Source of the DNA: a virus
IMG/VR virus record: IMGVR_UViG_3300029505_000004
Span: 1-64,000 of that record
DNA: 64,000 nucleotides
Direction: 5' to 3' (one strand)
Positions 48,001-54,338 of this stretch are shown one piece after another; the stretch's first letter is position 1, and every line of letters starts with the position of its first letter. A program made the position numbers and the translations under genes. Under the pieces are notes generated by a model. It was not told where the DNA came from, ran no database searches, and saw only the letters and a program-made list of their open reading frames with translations.

Positions 48001-50392
48001 CTTTACCTTCGTTATCAAACACAAGGTTTCCGCGAAGAACATTAACAGGATTTTTGGTTAGCTTGTTATTTACCCGCATGATCGTGCCGGTGGTTGCATT
48101 GGTAAGGCTTTCGACTTGTGCTTCCGCTTGTCTCCTTGCATTATCAGCCTGATCTTGCACCCAATAATTATAATTAACAAAATCATCATAGGCTTGTTTG
48201 TATTTCATTATGTTGTTGGCCGTTTCCGGATCAAATTGAGATATGATAGCCTGATATCCTTCTTCTGAATTGATGATAGAGTTGAGTTCTTCATCGTTCA
48301 AGCTGATCTTAGAACGCGTCTCATTCAGATTGTTGATAATGTTCCTTTTTTCAACAGCAATTTCTTCCGGCATCATCTGTTTGTCTGCTTCCTGTAAGGT
48401 TTGTTCCTGAAGGACTGAAGATATATACTTGATAGCATTCTTCTTCATATCCGGAGACATAGGGCTGGACAGAACATCTTTGACCATGTTGCGGGCCGTT
48501 TCAATATCAGCGTCCTGAAGGGCTTCTCTTACACCGGACCAATCTTCGCCCATTGCATCCTGCATCTGGGTTTCAAAATTACGCATGTTGCGGTAGTTCT
48601 TGTATTTATCACGAAGATATCCACCTGTTCCGGCTGCACCAAACAATGCAGACATGGGAGCAACACCGAGGAACGTATCAATATTCTGATCAAGATCGAC
48701 AAGCTGTTCAGGTGTCATATCTCCTATTGCGGTAGATACAAGGTTATTGGCAACTTCTTCGGCATATTCTCCCAATGGATCAGATATCTTGGCACGTCTG
48801 GCAATCTCCTGCATTTCCCGGAAGCCTTGACTATTGACAACGTCCTTGAACGCCTTACCTACTGATGCAGGTATGATCTTTCCAACTTTGTTCGCACCAG
48901 TAACACGACCGATATATCCCAACATAGGCGCAAAGTATTCGCCCAGAAGTTCGCTTCCGGTTTCTGCGGCTGTTGATATTATGGACTTACCGAGTGCTTC
49001 CGCTCCAGTCTGTACATTCTCCCGACCATCATAAGATACCGTTCCGTCTGCGTTAGGCTTAACCTGCACGTCTCCCAGACCTCTACGCTGATAATCTGCG
49101 GCCACTCTTGCACTTCCGAATGTGGCGGTGTGCGCTGCAACGTCTCCCAGACCGGCAACAGTTCTGGCGGCACCTTTAGCCAGCCCAGTTGTAGCCCGGC
49201 CAAGGCCCATTTGTGCAGCCTTATCAGCCGCATACTTAACAATGGCTTTAGACGCTGGTTTGGTCAAAGCCTGAACTGCACCCATACCGGCAATCATGTC
49301 AAGCATGAACGGAAGTGATTCTGCTGTTACACCGCCAGCCTTATAACCTCTTCCAAGATCACCGGAATAATACATCTGTGTTGCAGCATTGGTGACAAGA
49401 GCCTGCATAAGTGCATCTTCCGAAGGAGTAAGTTCTTCCCCCTTGTCTACTTTGTCCATGACTTTCTTTGCGGCAGAATAATTCTTGAGATCCTGCAATC
49501 CCATTGCCCATCCGTCCAGTGGTGCGTCCTTGAAACCACGCGCAAACCCGGCAAAGAAGTTGGTGTTTCCTTTCTTCTTCGCTTCATTGGTAATATTCTG
49601 AGCCTGTTCTATTAGGGTAGACGCATATTCCAACTGTTTGTCGGTATCATTCTGCTCCCCGGCAAGATACGCCTGTGACATGGTTGAGAATATACCGCCA
49701 TCACCAACAGATCTCACGCGCTGTTGTCTTTCCTTAGCACGTTCCTGCCTTGCCGCATTGATCAGTTCATTAACGCTGTTGATCTGCTCCTGATTCTGCC
49801 TTTTGAACAGTTCAAGATTCTGTTCCTTCATATAGGGATCATTGGCAGACTTCTGTGCCTGTTCAACTCTCTGCTGTTGGTCAATACCGATTTTACGGAC
49901 TAGATCCGAAGGATTGTTTTCAAACAGATCTTGCTGGGGCAAAGGCCTTGTGGCAAGATTATTCCCCTTGCTCCTGAACATATCAGGAACATTGTCAAGA
50001 ATGTACCCTTGTGTCTTGGGATCATAAGAAGGCATATCTTGAACTGGCTGTACTTGCGGCTGTTCCGGCTGAACATTCTGGGTTCTCACATTGGTTGCCG
50101 GTTCTTCCTGTGATCTGGCTACCAGTTTGCTCGAAAACGAATCGAAGTCGCCAACATCATATCCATCATTTGTAATTGTCTCATACAACGATTTCCGTTT
50201 AGTTTCGTCCTGTACATTCTTGCTGAACGAATCGAAGTCGCCAACATCATATCCATCATTTGTAATTGTCTCATACAACGATTTCCGTTTAGTTTCGTCC
50301 TGTACATTCTTGCTGAACGAATCGAAGTCGCCAATATCATAACCATCTTGGGTTAGTCTATCATACAATACTCTTGTCTTATTATCTTCCAT
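39011..50392 (-). CDS. giant DarB-like polyvalent virion protein, N-terminal 3791 native residues (truncated by the IS, which supplies NQ plus TAG)
   Basis: ENPKGS (46217-46246) and DGDHIDV (46106-46130) are pyrophosphatase-like. EPSAGNGAL (44916-44947) and TNPPFG (~44757-44775) fit an N6-adenine MTase. GDMTGVGKGRQ (43685-43717), ILDESH (~43225-43245) and RGRIDRTGQ (~42065-42095) fit a strawberry-notch/DExH helicase. Confidence 0.8.
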   Translation of the reverse strand: MEDNKTRVLYDRLTQDGYDIGDFDSFSKNVQDETKRKSLYETITNDGYDVGDFDSFSKNVQDETKRKSLYETITNDGYDVGDFDSFSSKLVARSQEEPATNVRTQNVQPEQPQVQPVQDMPSYDPKTQGYILDNVPDMFRSKGNNLATRPLPQQDLFENNPSDLVRKIGIDQQQRVEQAQKSANDPYMKEQNLELFKRQNQEQINSVNELINAARQERAKERQQRVRSVGDGGIFSTMSQAYLAGEQNDTDKQLEYASTLIEQAQNITNEAKKKGNTNFFAGFARGFKDAPLDGWAMGLQDLKNYSAAKKVMDKVDKGEELTPSEDALMQALVTNAATQMYYSGDLGRGYKAGGVTAESLPFMLDMIAGMGAVQALTKPASKAIVKYAADKAAQMGLGRATTGLAKGAARTVAGLGDVAAHTATFGSARVAADYQRRGLGDVQVKPNADGTVSYDGRENVQTGAEALGKSIISTAAETGSELLGEYFAPMLGYIGRVTGANKVGKIIPASVGKAFKDVVNSQGFREMQEIARRAKISDPLGEYAEEVANNLVSTAIGDMTPEQLVDLDQNIDTFLGVAPMSALFGAAGTGGYLRDKYKNYRNMRNFETQMQDAMGEDWSGVREALQDADIETARNMVKDVLSSPMSPDMKKNAIKYISSVLQEQTLQEADKQMMPEEIAVEKRNIINNLNETRSKISLNDEELNSIINSEEGYQAIISQFDPETANNIMKYKQAYDDFVNYNYWVQDQADNARRQAEAQVESLTNATTGTIMRVNNKLTKNPVNVLRGNLVFDNEGKVDENQSDKTIYYMSEDGRVKMAPVSMFSSLVDNTPAEEMIQRAGNDAQEEVLQAEEAQINSIPAQEQQPIGPETRFTMGGNNYEVNRVTPDGYEVYLLDENGTPAQSQLMSEEEIRNAINGQQPANGEETQPSVAEQPVQEETSEQPVQENQTAMSRIPLNERGEQDFEAAPIADTSAALLEISDNVDDAKDTVTQMIEYYNNELKKVEKKKSSGNTIQGIIETKKAKKAINDKISYWNQVAADLEAKRPTGLIAQAEEKAKENQQRLASMTAEEQQAAQQEVQKKIDAGAFERKEPRKKVRYVKEDADLGPSITPQEHVLREIATGRVSFSLSDTEGAQGLSSHLGYSNSPEERKKLVWALSSDGLTPEAAAEQIHADMPENLQGMVTDQDVFNMIINAFQEYGSPSKMWDAAKNMHGTDIEENIPGYEEDQERQLIEWEASENRMSVPEWIAYSDYIEEELNNLYSSVTDEELNTIFEQIINDYERRAETESAGSTEGQTDSEQGNTVQPERESDNEGRTGEVEEQPEPAIKTDGKSGSVVPEPEGTVKTDIEAARAEVDQNPTEAQKEAGNYKKGHVKIDGYDVTIENPKGSVRSGKDADGNEWSVTMNNDYGYIHGTEGVDGDHIDVFLSDNPETGDVFVIDQVNPDGTFDEHKVMYGFKSALAAKRAYMANYSKDWTGLGNITRVSKEEFKKWVNSSHRKTKPFAEYKSVVPVSEKETTTNAEDTPAKSNNIVSDERYQELKNRLKQKLGQLNAGIDPEIIAIGAEMAVYHIERGAVKFADYCKAMVDDLGDVIRPYLKSFYSSARYMPQSIENGLSERMSPDSEVSQFDVTNFDKSVPDVMQQIENVAKEKEIEKATSSNDVKKSPSDLFGNSEEYQKKAEQEKEAVSIIGVKIAEKAIAKRNDEQVDPLTMKEVKDILKGYDMLSDMSATDMQELVELAMTNETRLIAESYINGDATKQKQGYDTIVDMYNMQPLLNARDSTRFERQQYSTPTPFGYVMGKFVKDGKTVESVLEPSAGNGALTIAFPANTVHVNDIDERRLENLRTLGYAQVTNQDALIPFEGSVDAVLTNPPFGSTTAKEFDDGQIKISSLEGLMAINALESMKDNGRAAIVIGGNTSYRDNGAMQSKDMKLFAYLYSHYNVVDVINLNGDMYKRNGTKYDVRIILINGRKTGPFKLIAPPVKSKARAEQINSFEELYNRVQDDIRSLQQMGDLFNGTEGETRTTDTEGSGANNNVSNRPKSGERGKSVRPDKKVGSDNDMGSTGNTTASGPEQAERSTAEENAGKLDNADRSNAGSVEPVQEQRGSDNGGSTGGSRNGGSVRSDSGDNTGRSRLSVNLSDEKVPYPNRSQSGTLMSVVPANQAQVLADSLANIGDVDQFLVDQLGYSSKDELFSYLAAEQIDSVSLAINQMNKGNGFIIGDMTGVGKGRQGAALIRYAVRKGYNPIYFTQKPALFSDNYRDLADIGSGDLRPFIIASDPKNAAITDASGNVVHKLPTDKEKKRVFDYIMKNGKLPEEYDYVITTYSQINNGTKEYEPKEDGIAEKDKSYKKKSPSAADKSGQERRDVIQALSKDNIMILDESHTAGGSGGGSMYMQYIMPKVKGVTFLSATFAKRADNMPIYAMKTDLSKSGISPQDMIEAISQGGVTLQEIMSKQLVQSGQMIRRERSFQGVTIDWMPVSEEEDAVQRKQFDEVSSIFSDIRAFQKDYITPIVEGISEELSEQGGYSDLQQGTAELGVTNTPFASKMYNLVNQLLFSLKADAVANRVIENLKNGFKPVISFTNTMEGFLDEAPKDTPMDKVPNFSATLMRALDGVMRYTETNLKGEKENKFFTVNDLPEAGQNKYYEIREKIENLSADLPISPMDAIKMKIQKAGYKVGEITGRTLEMVQDENGKYVIQNRKDRDKKSAARDFNNGQLDVLMVNKSGSTGISLHASPKFEDQRQRVMVFAQFQSDINDEVQMRGRIDRTGQKFRGKYEYIMSSIPAEQRLQMMFKAKLKSLDANTTSSQKSKFNEMEVVDYLNKYGDDVTWQYMLEHPELSEKLGDPLKILTSEGEESQSGDTNTAGKEGCAAKIARYLPFLPVKEQEEVFKDITDAYNVKIQLLNDAGENDLEITTMPLKAKTISKKIWKPGTDPNSGNAFADNTYLEEVEVDVLKKPMKAEEIKSTVSRMTSGEPFNEWLDNRVKEINSLYDGKIATLKERLDQSALERSEKAKKNYIEKSKEARKNGKNEFTDEEIEKMSEVVVEDIMKKSKESFIKQKNVIEARRENIRKQINSFTPMKPLVIPFNLDETLVTIMPSRGMFLGYKFSKDYSPSSSTAIFATLDGRRKVEIPLNQEKAFNSIRMNTMMQPTYLKDLNVDTWDSYVPTQTRKKAYIVTGNLLQALVDTKKSENVKGYLVSYSTIEGDTKQGILMSDSFKPENLTTSAPISSRLIQIQQGETVISEDKRVIVEKNTGWRSGYALKVPKSKKQGGEFFEDNKLRSLADNKEFTTRGNYMVADISSDNLSKVLDRLSKMGVTVSKKAKLENSEDVRFRVSEENQDLNNIKSEDVEETSKKLNVPVEVITSVDQIKDNSVRSAIEKGRKVKGWYSLSDNKVYVYLPNATSMEDVNQTILHEGVAHYGLRQLVGEDRMDDFLDDVFANVTDEVRKKIIDTLPRYGYNSRIATEEYMARMAENGVDVSVWQRIKQAFNSLMRRMGINIKISDNELQYILWRSRQNLDKNKPLDLAKDVAMQYQMGVGNYFREDTDGSIGMYEQSLKGWKYKAQEAYQDSMLALKNLQEVIAKVSGKPIKSFENAYMAENQLSSKNTSEAEVYYKKHYQPMLQEAGKMMKKYGLTQKGIERYMMLAHGIERNVELTFRERLDEVIKNKKGNADQLIQDFKDEKERLRKLYSGYEYLKELSDYIGGVNDYSATQAILNSMDGEEHDNFQEDALNYVKDFEQTYDVKELWNKINDATKTTLRKAYDSGMMGKEQYSNVNNLNQ
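50131..50345 (-). repeat. 90-bp (30-aa) tandem repeat, 2 identical copies plus 1 diverged, at the 5' end of the giant gene
   Basis: 50141-50220 is identical to 50231-50310; encodes DGYD(I/V)GDFDSFSKNVQDETKRKSLYETITN. Confidence 0.9.
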
Positions 50393-50393
50393 A

Positions 50394-51488
50394 TCAGAAA
50401 CCTTCTATTTTTTTCTTTGTGTTTGTTTTTGAAGAGGATCCAAAACCATCAATAGTTTTCCGATCCTTTTCATAGTTCCCTGTTATATCTCTCTTGTTGT
50501 CGATAGATGTCATTATGACTTCTCTCATATCATCAATAGTTGTCGGGTTAGATGTATCCATGTTTACTATTTCAGGGAAATATCCAATTTCCACGCCTTC
50601 ATTGTACATCTTAGCAACATCTTCCGGCTTGTTGAGATCTCTTTGTACGCCATTCTTCCCAAACCGGACAACAGGATATGTAACCTTTCCTTTCTTGCCC
50701 TTAGTTCCGGAAGTTGTGATTTCTCCCTGACGATACTTTTCTCTTTCCATTGCGGCCTTATTGTTCATGGCAGCACGGGCTGATGCAGCTTTGTCCTTAA
50801 CCTTCTGCAAGGCTTTAGCGTCATTGGCTTTCTGTGCCTGCTTAGTCAGGTCCGCGGCAGTCTGTTTATCCATAAGACCGGCCTTGATAGATGCGTTAAG
50901 TTCTGCTAGCATACGATCCTTGTCGGCTTTCAGACGTATAGTCTCCTGCTGGAGCCTTGCTTCTCTGTCTGCCTTCGCATTGGCCAGTGAATAATTGAGA
51001 AGAGTATCATTATATCCGTCACGAAGTCTGTCAAGGGCTTGATTATATGCCGGAACATTACTCTTGATAGGTTGAAAAATTCTGGCACCAGCGGCAGAGG
51101 AAACTGTCTGTCCAAAAAGGTTCGCTAGGTTTCCCCAGAACTCTGCGGCACGTTGTCTCTTTATACTTTCCTCGCCAGATTGGTACTTCTGATCAAGAAG
51201 GGCCTTAAAGACATCTTCACCATCCTTCACGCGATCAGCAACACTCTTTTGCCGGTTTATCTCGTTGGCTGCGTTATTGATCTCTTCGACAGGATTTCTC
51301 TGTTCAACCTGATTTTCGGGCTTAAAATCCACTCCAGAAGGATATTTTTGCCCGGAATTCTGATTTTGGGCGCGTGAGAATTGAAAATTCAGAGACGATC
51401 CGGGAGATTCTCCGTAATTTCCCAATCTCGGAAGCCTTGAAGTGTCTACGGGATCAGGTTTCTTCTTAATGTAGTCGAATAAGCCCAT
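50394..51488 (-). CDS. hypothetical internal/ejection-module protein (364 aa)
   Basis: ORF immediately upstream of the giant gene; coiled-coil K/A/Q-rich middle. Confidence 0.6.
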   Translation of the reverse strand: MGLFDYIKKKPDPVDTSRLPRLGNYGESPGSSLNFQFSRAQNQNSGQKYPSGVDFKPENQVEQRNPVEEINNAANEINRQKSVADRVKDGEDVFKALLDQKYQSGEESIKRQRAAEFWGNLANLFGQTVSSAAGARIFQPIKSNVPAYNQALDRLRDGYNDTLLNYSLANAKADREARLQQETIRLKADKDRMLAELNASIKAGLMDKQTAADLTKQAQKANDAKALQKVKDKAASARAAMNNKAAMEREKYRQGEITTSGTKGKKGKVTYPVVRFGKNGVQRDLNKPEDVAKMYNEGVEIGYFPEIVNMDTSNPTTIDDMREVIMTSIDNKRDITGNYEKDRKTIDGFGSSSKTNTKKKIEGF

Positions 51489-52000
51489 TATCTACCCCCT
51501 TTCTTCTTGTCATACATCGAGAAGGCACTACCGATAAGGCCAAGTCCATTCGACATAAGTTGCGCACCTCCCTGCTCATTCATCTGGCTCTGTCCAAGTC
51601 TTGCATTGAGAATTGCATTTTGGTTCTGCTGATTTGCTGCATCAACTTGCATTTTACGCTGTGTAGCCTGTGCAGCCAGACCGGTTGCAGTGTTATCCAG
51701 TATCTCATTGTTCGCCTGTTGTTGTGCTACGGCGGCTTCTGGAGTTGATCCCATAACAGCGGCAGTTGCACGTGCTTCCTGATTCTGCTTTTTCAGAGTG
51801 TTTTCCACTCTCTTCATTGCGGCCTGTGCTTCGGCTGATTCCATGTAGTTCTGGTAATAGTTACGATTATACCAGGCATTGTTCTTAGATTCCTGTTCAT
51901 TGATAAGCCGCTGCTGCTCGCGTGCAGCTTTGGCCGACTTAATTCCCCCGAATATTCCGGAAGCTAAACCGCCCACGGCTCCTAATATTGCTCCTATCAT
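51488..52000 (-). CDS. Gly-zipper membrane-active small protein (170 aa), first gene of the ejection module
   Basis: MIGAILGAVGGLASGIFGGIKSAK N-terminus, Q/A/N-rich helix, glycine-rich C-terminus. Confidence 0.6.
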   Translation of the reverse strand: MIGAILGAVGGLASGIFGGIKSAKAAREQQRLINEQESKNNAWYNRNYYQNYMESAEAQAAMKRVENTLKKQNQEARATAAVMGSTPEAAVAQQQANNEILDNTATGLAAQATQRKMQVDAANQQNQNAILNARLGQSQMNEQGGAQLMSNGLGLIGSAFSMYDKKKGGR

Positions 52001-52092
52001 AATACGTATTATTTTGGTTTATATTGTTAAAGCAAAGAAAGCTAATAATCAGTTATATAGGTTGCAGTGTTGGGTAATTGTTTTTCGACATT

Positions 52093-52218
52093 AGTTACAA
52101 ATGTTGTAACTTTATGTAACTCTTTATATATTTGAACTACAAATAGTTACAACGGCACCTAAATGTTAATAGTTATTAATTGGTGCATTTTTGTAACTGG
52201 TTACAAGAATAGTTACAA
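52093..52218. promoter_or_regulatory. cluster of 7 GTTACAA/TTGTAAC sites in a divergent intergenic region
   Basis: AGTTACAA at 52093, 52145, 52211; GGTTACAA at 52199; TTGTAACT at 52104, 52191; ATGTAACT at 52114. Two palindromic pairs (52093-52111 and 52191-52206). Confidence 0.6.
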
Positions 52219-52220
52219 CT

Positions 52221-52778
52221 ATGGCAGAAAAAGAAGAAAAAAAGAAGAGAAACAGACCTTGTAAAGTGAAGGAAAAAGAGCAGTCGTTAAAGCTGACATA
52301 TACTGATGAAGATCGCATCAAGGTTGTTCGCCTGTTGATAGACAACGGGATGAACTATGTTCTTACGCATCGGCAGACCGGCATTAATTCAGCCACAATC
52401 AAGCAATGGTATTACAGGTATAAGAAGGATATCGAAGAAAGTAGTACAGCTACTATGATTGCCGAAAAGGTAGAGATCGACTTTGCTCGCGCAAAATTGG
52501 AACTCCTGCAAAATAACTTCTCCAAATTAAACACTCTTGCTGATGCAGCAATAATGCGTGCTATTGCCTTGTGTCAGGTCGAAACAGATCTTAATAAGCT
52601 GAATGGCACATTAAAGATCATCTTCGACTTGATATGTAAGTTCAACGAATCTTCTCAAGAGCAACAACAGACTTCTGGCGCAACCATCAACTTCATACAG
52701 GAAAGTATTGTCCAGCTAAACCAACTGAAGCAAGATCAGATAGACAAACTAAAGGAAAGCGCAAAAGATAAGAATTAA
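52221..52778 (+). CDS. HTH DNA-binding protein with a coiled-coil tail (small terminase or regulator/excision factor candidate)
   Basis: DEDRIKVVRLLIDNGMNYVLTHRQTGINSATIKQWYYRY resembles the TerS/IS3-OrfA-type HTH. Confidence 0.45.
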   Translation: MAEKEEKKKRNRPCKVKEKEQSLKLTYTDEDRIKVVRLLIDNGMNYVLTHRQTGINSATIKQWYYRYKKDIEESSTATMIAEKVEIDFARAKLELLQNNFSKLNTLADAAIMRAIALCQVETDLNKLNGTLKIIFDLICKFNESSQEQQQTSGATINFIQESIVQLNQLKQDQIDKLKESAKDKN

Positions 52779-52781
52779 AAT

Positions 52782-52818
52782 AAAAGCCTGTGCAGCGTTT
52801 AACTCACAGGCTTTTTTA
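52782..52818. terminator. bidirectional terminator between the HTH gene and the integrase gene
   Basis: AAGCCTGTG ... CACAGGCTT stem flanked by A-run/T-run. Confidence 0.75.
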
Positions 52819-52819
52819 A

Positions 52820-54055
52820 TTATATCCGCATCATTAAAGCTTCATTCCTCAACTCCAGATAAGGCTTGTACTTGTCCGGATCATTGACATAATCACACAC
52901 TCTTGCAACACATATACTGGCTTGCTGGCTCCTGATTTTGGTATAATATCTTATAATGCCTTTGGCCCGATCGCTATGTCCCAGACAATAATTGATAACT
53001 CCGTCCGGCATACCCAGGTCACATGCGAATTGAGCAAAACATTTCCGCGCTGAATAGAATATTACTTTCTCTTCTATTCCCAGTTCTTCCGCAAGAAGCG
53101 ACAAACAATAAGATACATACTGGGAAAAGTTATGATAGGTGTAATTATACCCGAAATCAAGCTTTCCATCACTCTTGATCCATTCCTGATAATACTTCTT
53201 GATATTCTCCGGCATGGTAAAAGATATCCGGTTCTCCTGCTGTGTCCTTCCTGCTGACTTGGTTCTTACATAGCTGACATCTTCCTTCCGGAAGTCTACG
53301 TTCATAAGGTCTATCAGATTCATGCCGCCCAGAGAGAAGGAAAGCATAAACAGATCTCTTGCCATTCTTAACCTCTTTCTTTCCGGATTGCTGTACATGA
53401 TCTTACGGAAAGATTCAATACTTAACGATACATCGCGGACCGGTGCCGGTGATATCTTGGTTGTCGCGAACGGATGAATAGAATAAGTTACCATCTGATC
53501 CGATACGGCTTTGTTCACAATGACCTTAATGTGGCTTAGTATAGTATTGATATACGTTTGGGTTTTCCCGGCCTTCTTTAGTTTATCAGCAAAAGATTTA
53601 ATCAGGACCGGTGTTATATCCTGCATATCTATATCTCCATTGCAATACTCACAAAAGTAACGGGATGATCTCTCCATCAGTTTTGCATACGATGATCTGT
53701 TGTTGTCCAGAAGATAACTCACATACTCGTTAGATATTCCGCGAAATGTGACTTCCGTGTCAGAAGGCCCGGCCTTGATGATGTCTCTCAATTGCTCGCA
53801 GGTGTAGATGCCGGTGTTGCGAATGTTATCCAGCCGTTCTTCGTACAGATCCATCATTGCACGCAACTTTTTATTGAGTGCTGATGCATCCGGGTGCTTG
53901 ACGATCTTCCCATTTTTAAGCTGGCTTGGATCTGCCAGAATGATTGATGTTACGATGTAACTTGTACGCGACTTGTGACGGACCGCAATTCTCAATTTAT
54001 GCGTTCCATTGATAAGTTGTCTTTCGGGGATAATTACAGGATTGATTGTTGCCAT
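52820..54055 (-). CDS. int: tyrosine recombinase / phage integrase (Bacteroidota arm-binding type)
   Basis: 411 aa; N-terminal arm-binding-like region; catalytic-region blocks MARDLFMLSFSLGGMNLIDL, SARKCFAQ, LGHSD, IRYY. Confidence 0.85.
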   Translation of the reverse strand: MATINPVIIPERQLINGTHKLRIAVRHKSRTSYIVTSIILADPSQLKNGKIVKHPDASALNKKLRAMMDLYEERLDNIRNTGIYTCEQLRDIIKAGPSDTEVTFRGISNEYVSYLLDNNRSSYAKLMERSSRYFCEYCNGDIDMQDITPVLIKSFADKLKKAGKTQTYINTILSHIKVIVNKAVSDQMVTYSIHPFATTKISPAPVRDVSLSIESFRKIMYSNPERKRLRMARDLFMLSFSLGGMNLIDLMNVDFRKEDVSYVRTKSAGRTQQENRISFTMPENIKKYYQEWIKSDGKLDFGYNYTYHNFSQYVSYCLSLLAEELGIEEKVIFYSARKCFAQFACDLGMPDGVINYCLGHSDRAKGIIRYYTKIRSQQASICVARVCDYVNDPDKYKPYLELRNEALMMRI

Positions 54056-54200
54056 AGCTGATCTTCAAATTAAAGGTAATTTTTTGGGTACTCTTTTTCT
54101 TCCAAAAGTGGAAGAATTTTCCTTTTTTTTGAAGGTTGCCGGAGTTTTTGTGAGAAAATCAATAGGGTAAACTCCTTATTTTTCAGCCTGTTATGAATTG

Positions 54201-54242
54201 AGCCGAAAGCGGGACTCGAACCCGCGACTTACTCATTACGAA
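54201..54242 (-). other. 3' fragment of a tRNA-Thr(CGU)-like gene (anticodon loop to discriminator): putative attP core
   Basis: Minus strand reads TTCGTAA-TGAGT-AAGTC-GCGGG-TTCGAGT-CCCGC-TTTCGGC-T. The 5' half (anticodon-stem partner, D arm, acceptor 5' strand) is absent. Lies 146 nt from the int start. Confidence 0.65.
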
Positions 54243-54338
54243 TGCAATATCCGACTACCCTTTAATGTATTGGTTTTTAATCAGTTATAAAGATTTTTTG
54301 AAATTTAAAAGGTACTTTTTTGGTATTCAGTTACTCTT

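Noticed and set aside
39335-50342. Many 60-180-aa ORFs on the plus strand or in other frames within the giant gene (for example 46031..46579, 43966..44397, 50091..50342)
   Set aside because: They are antisense or out-of-frame shadows of an 11.4-kb ORF that has recognisable motifs throughout. None has independent support.
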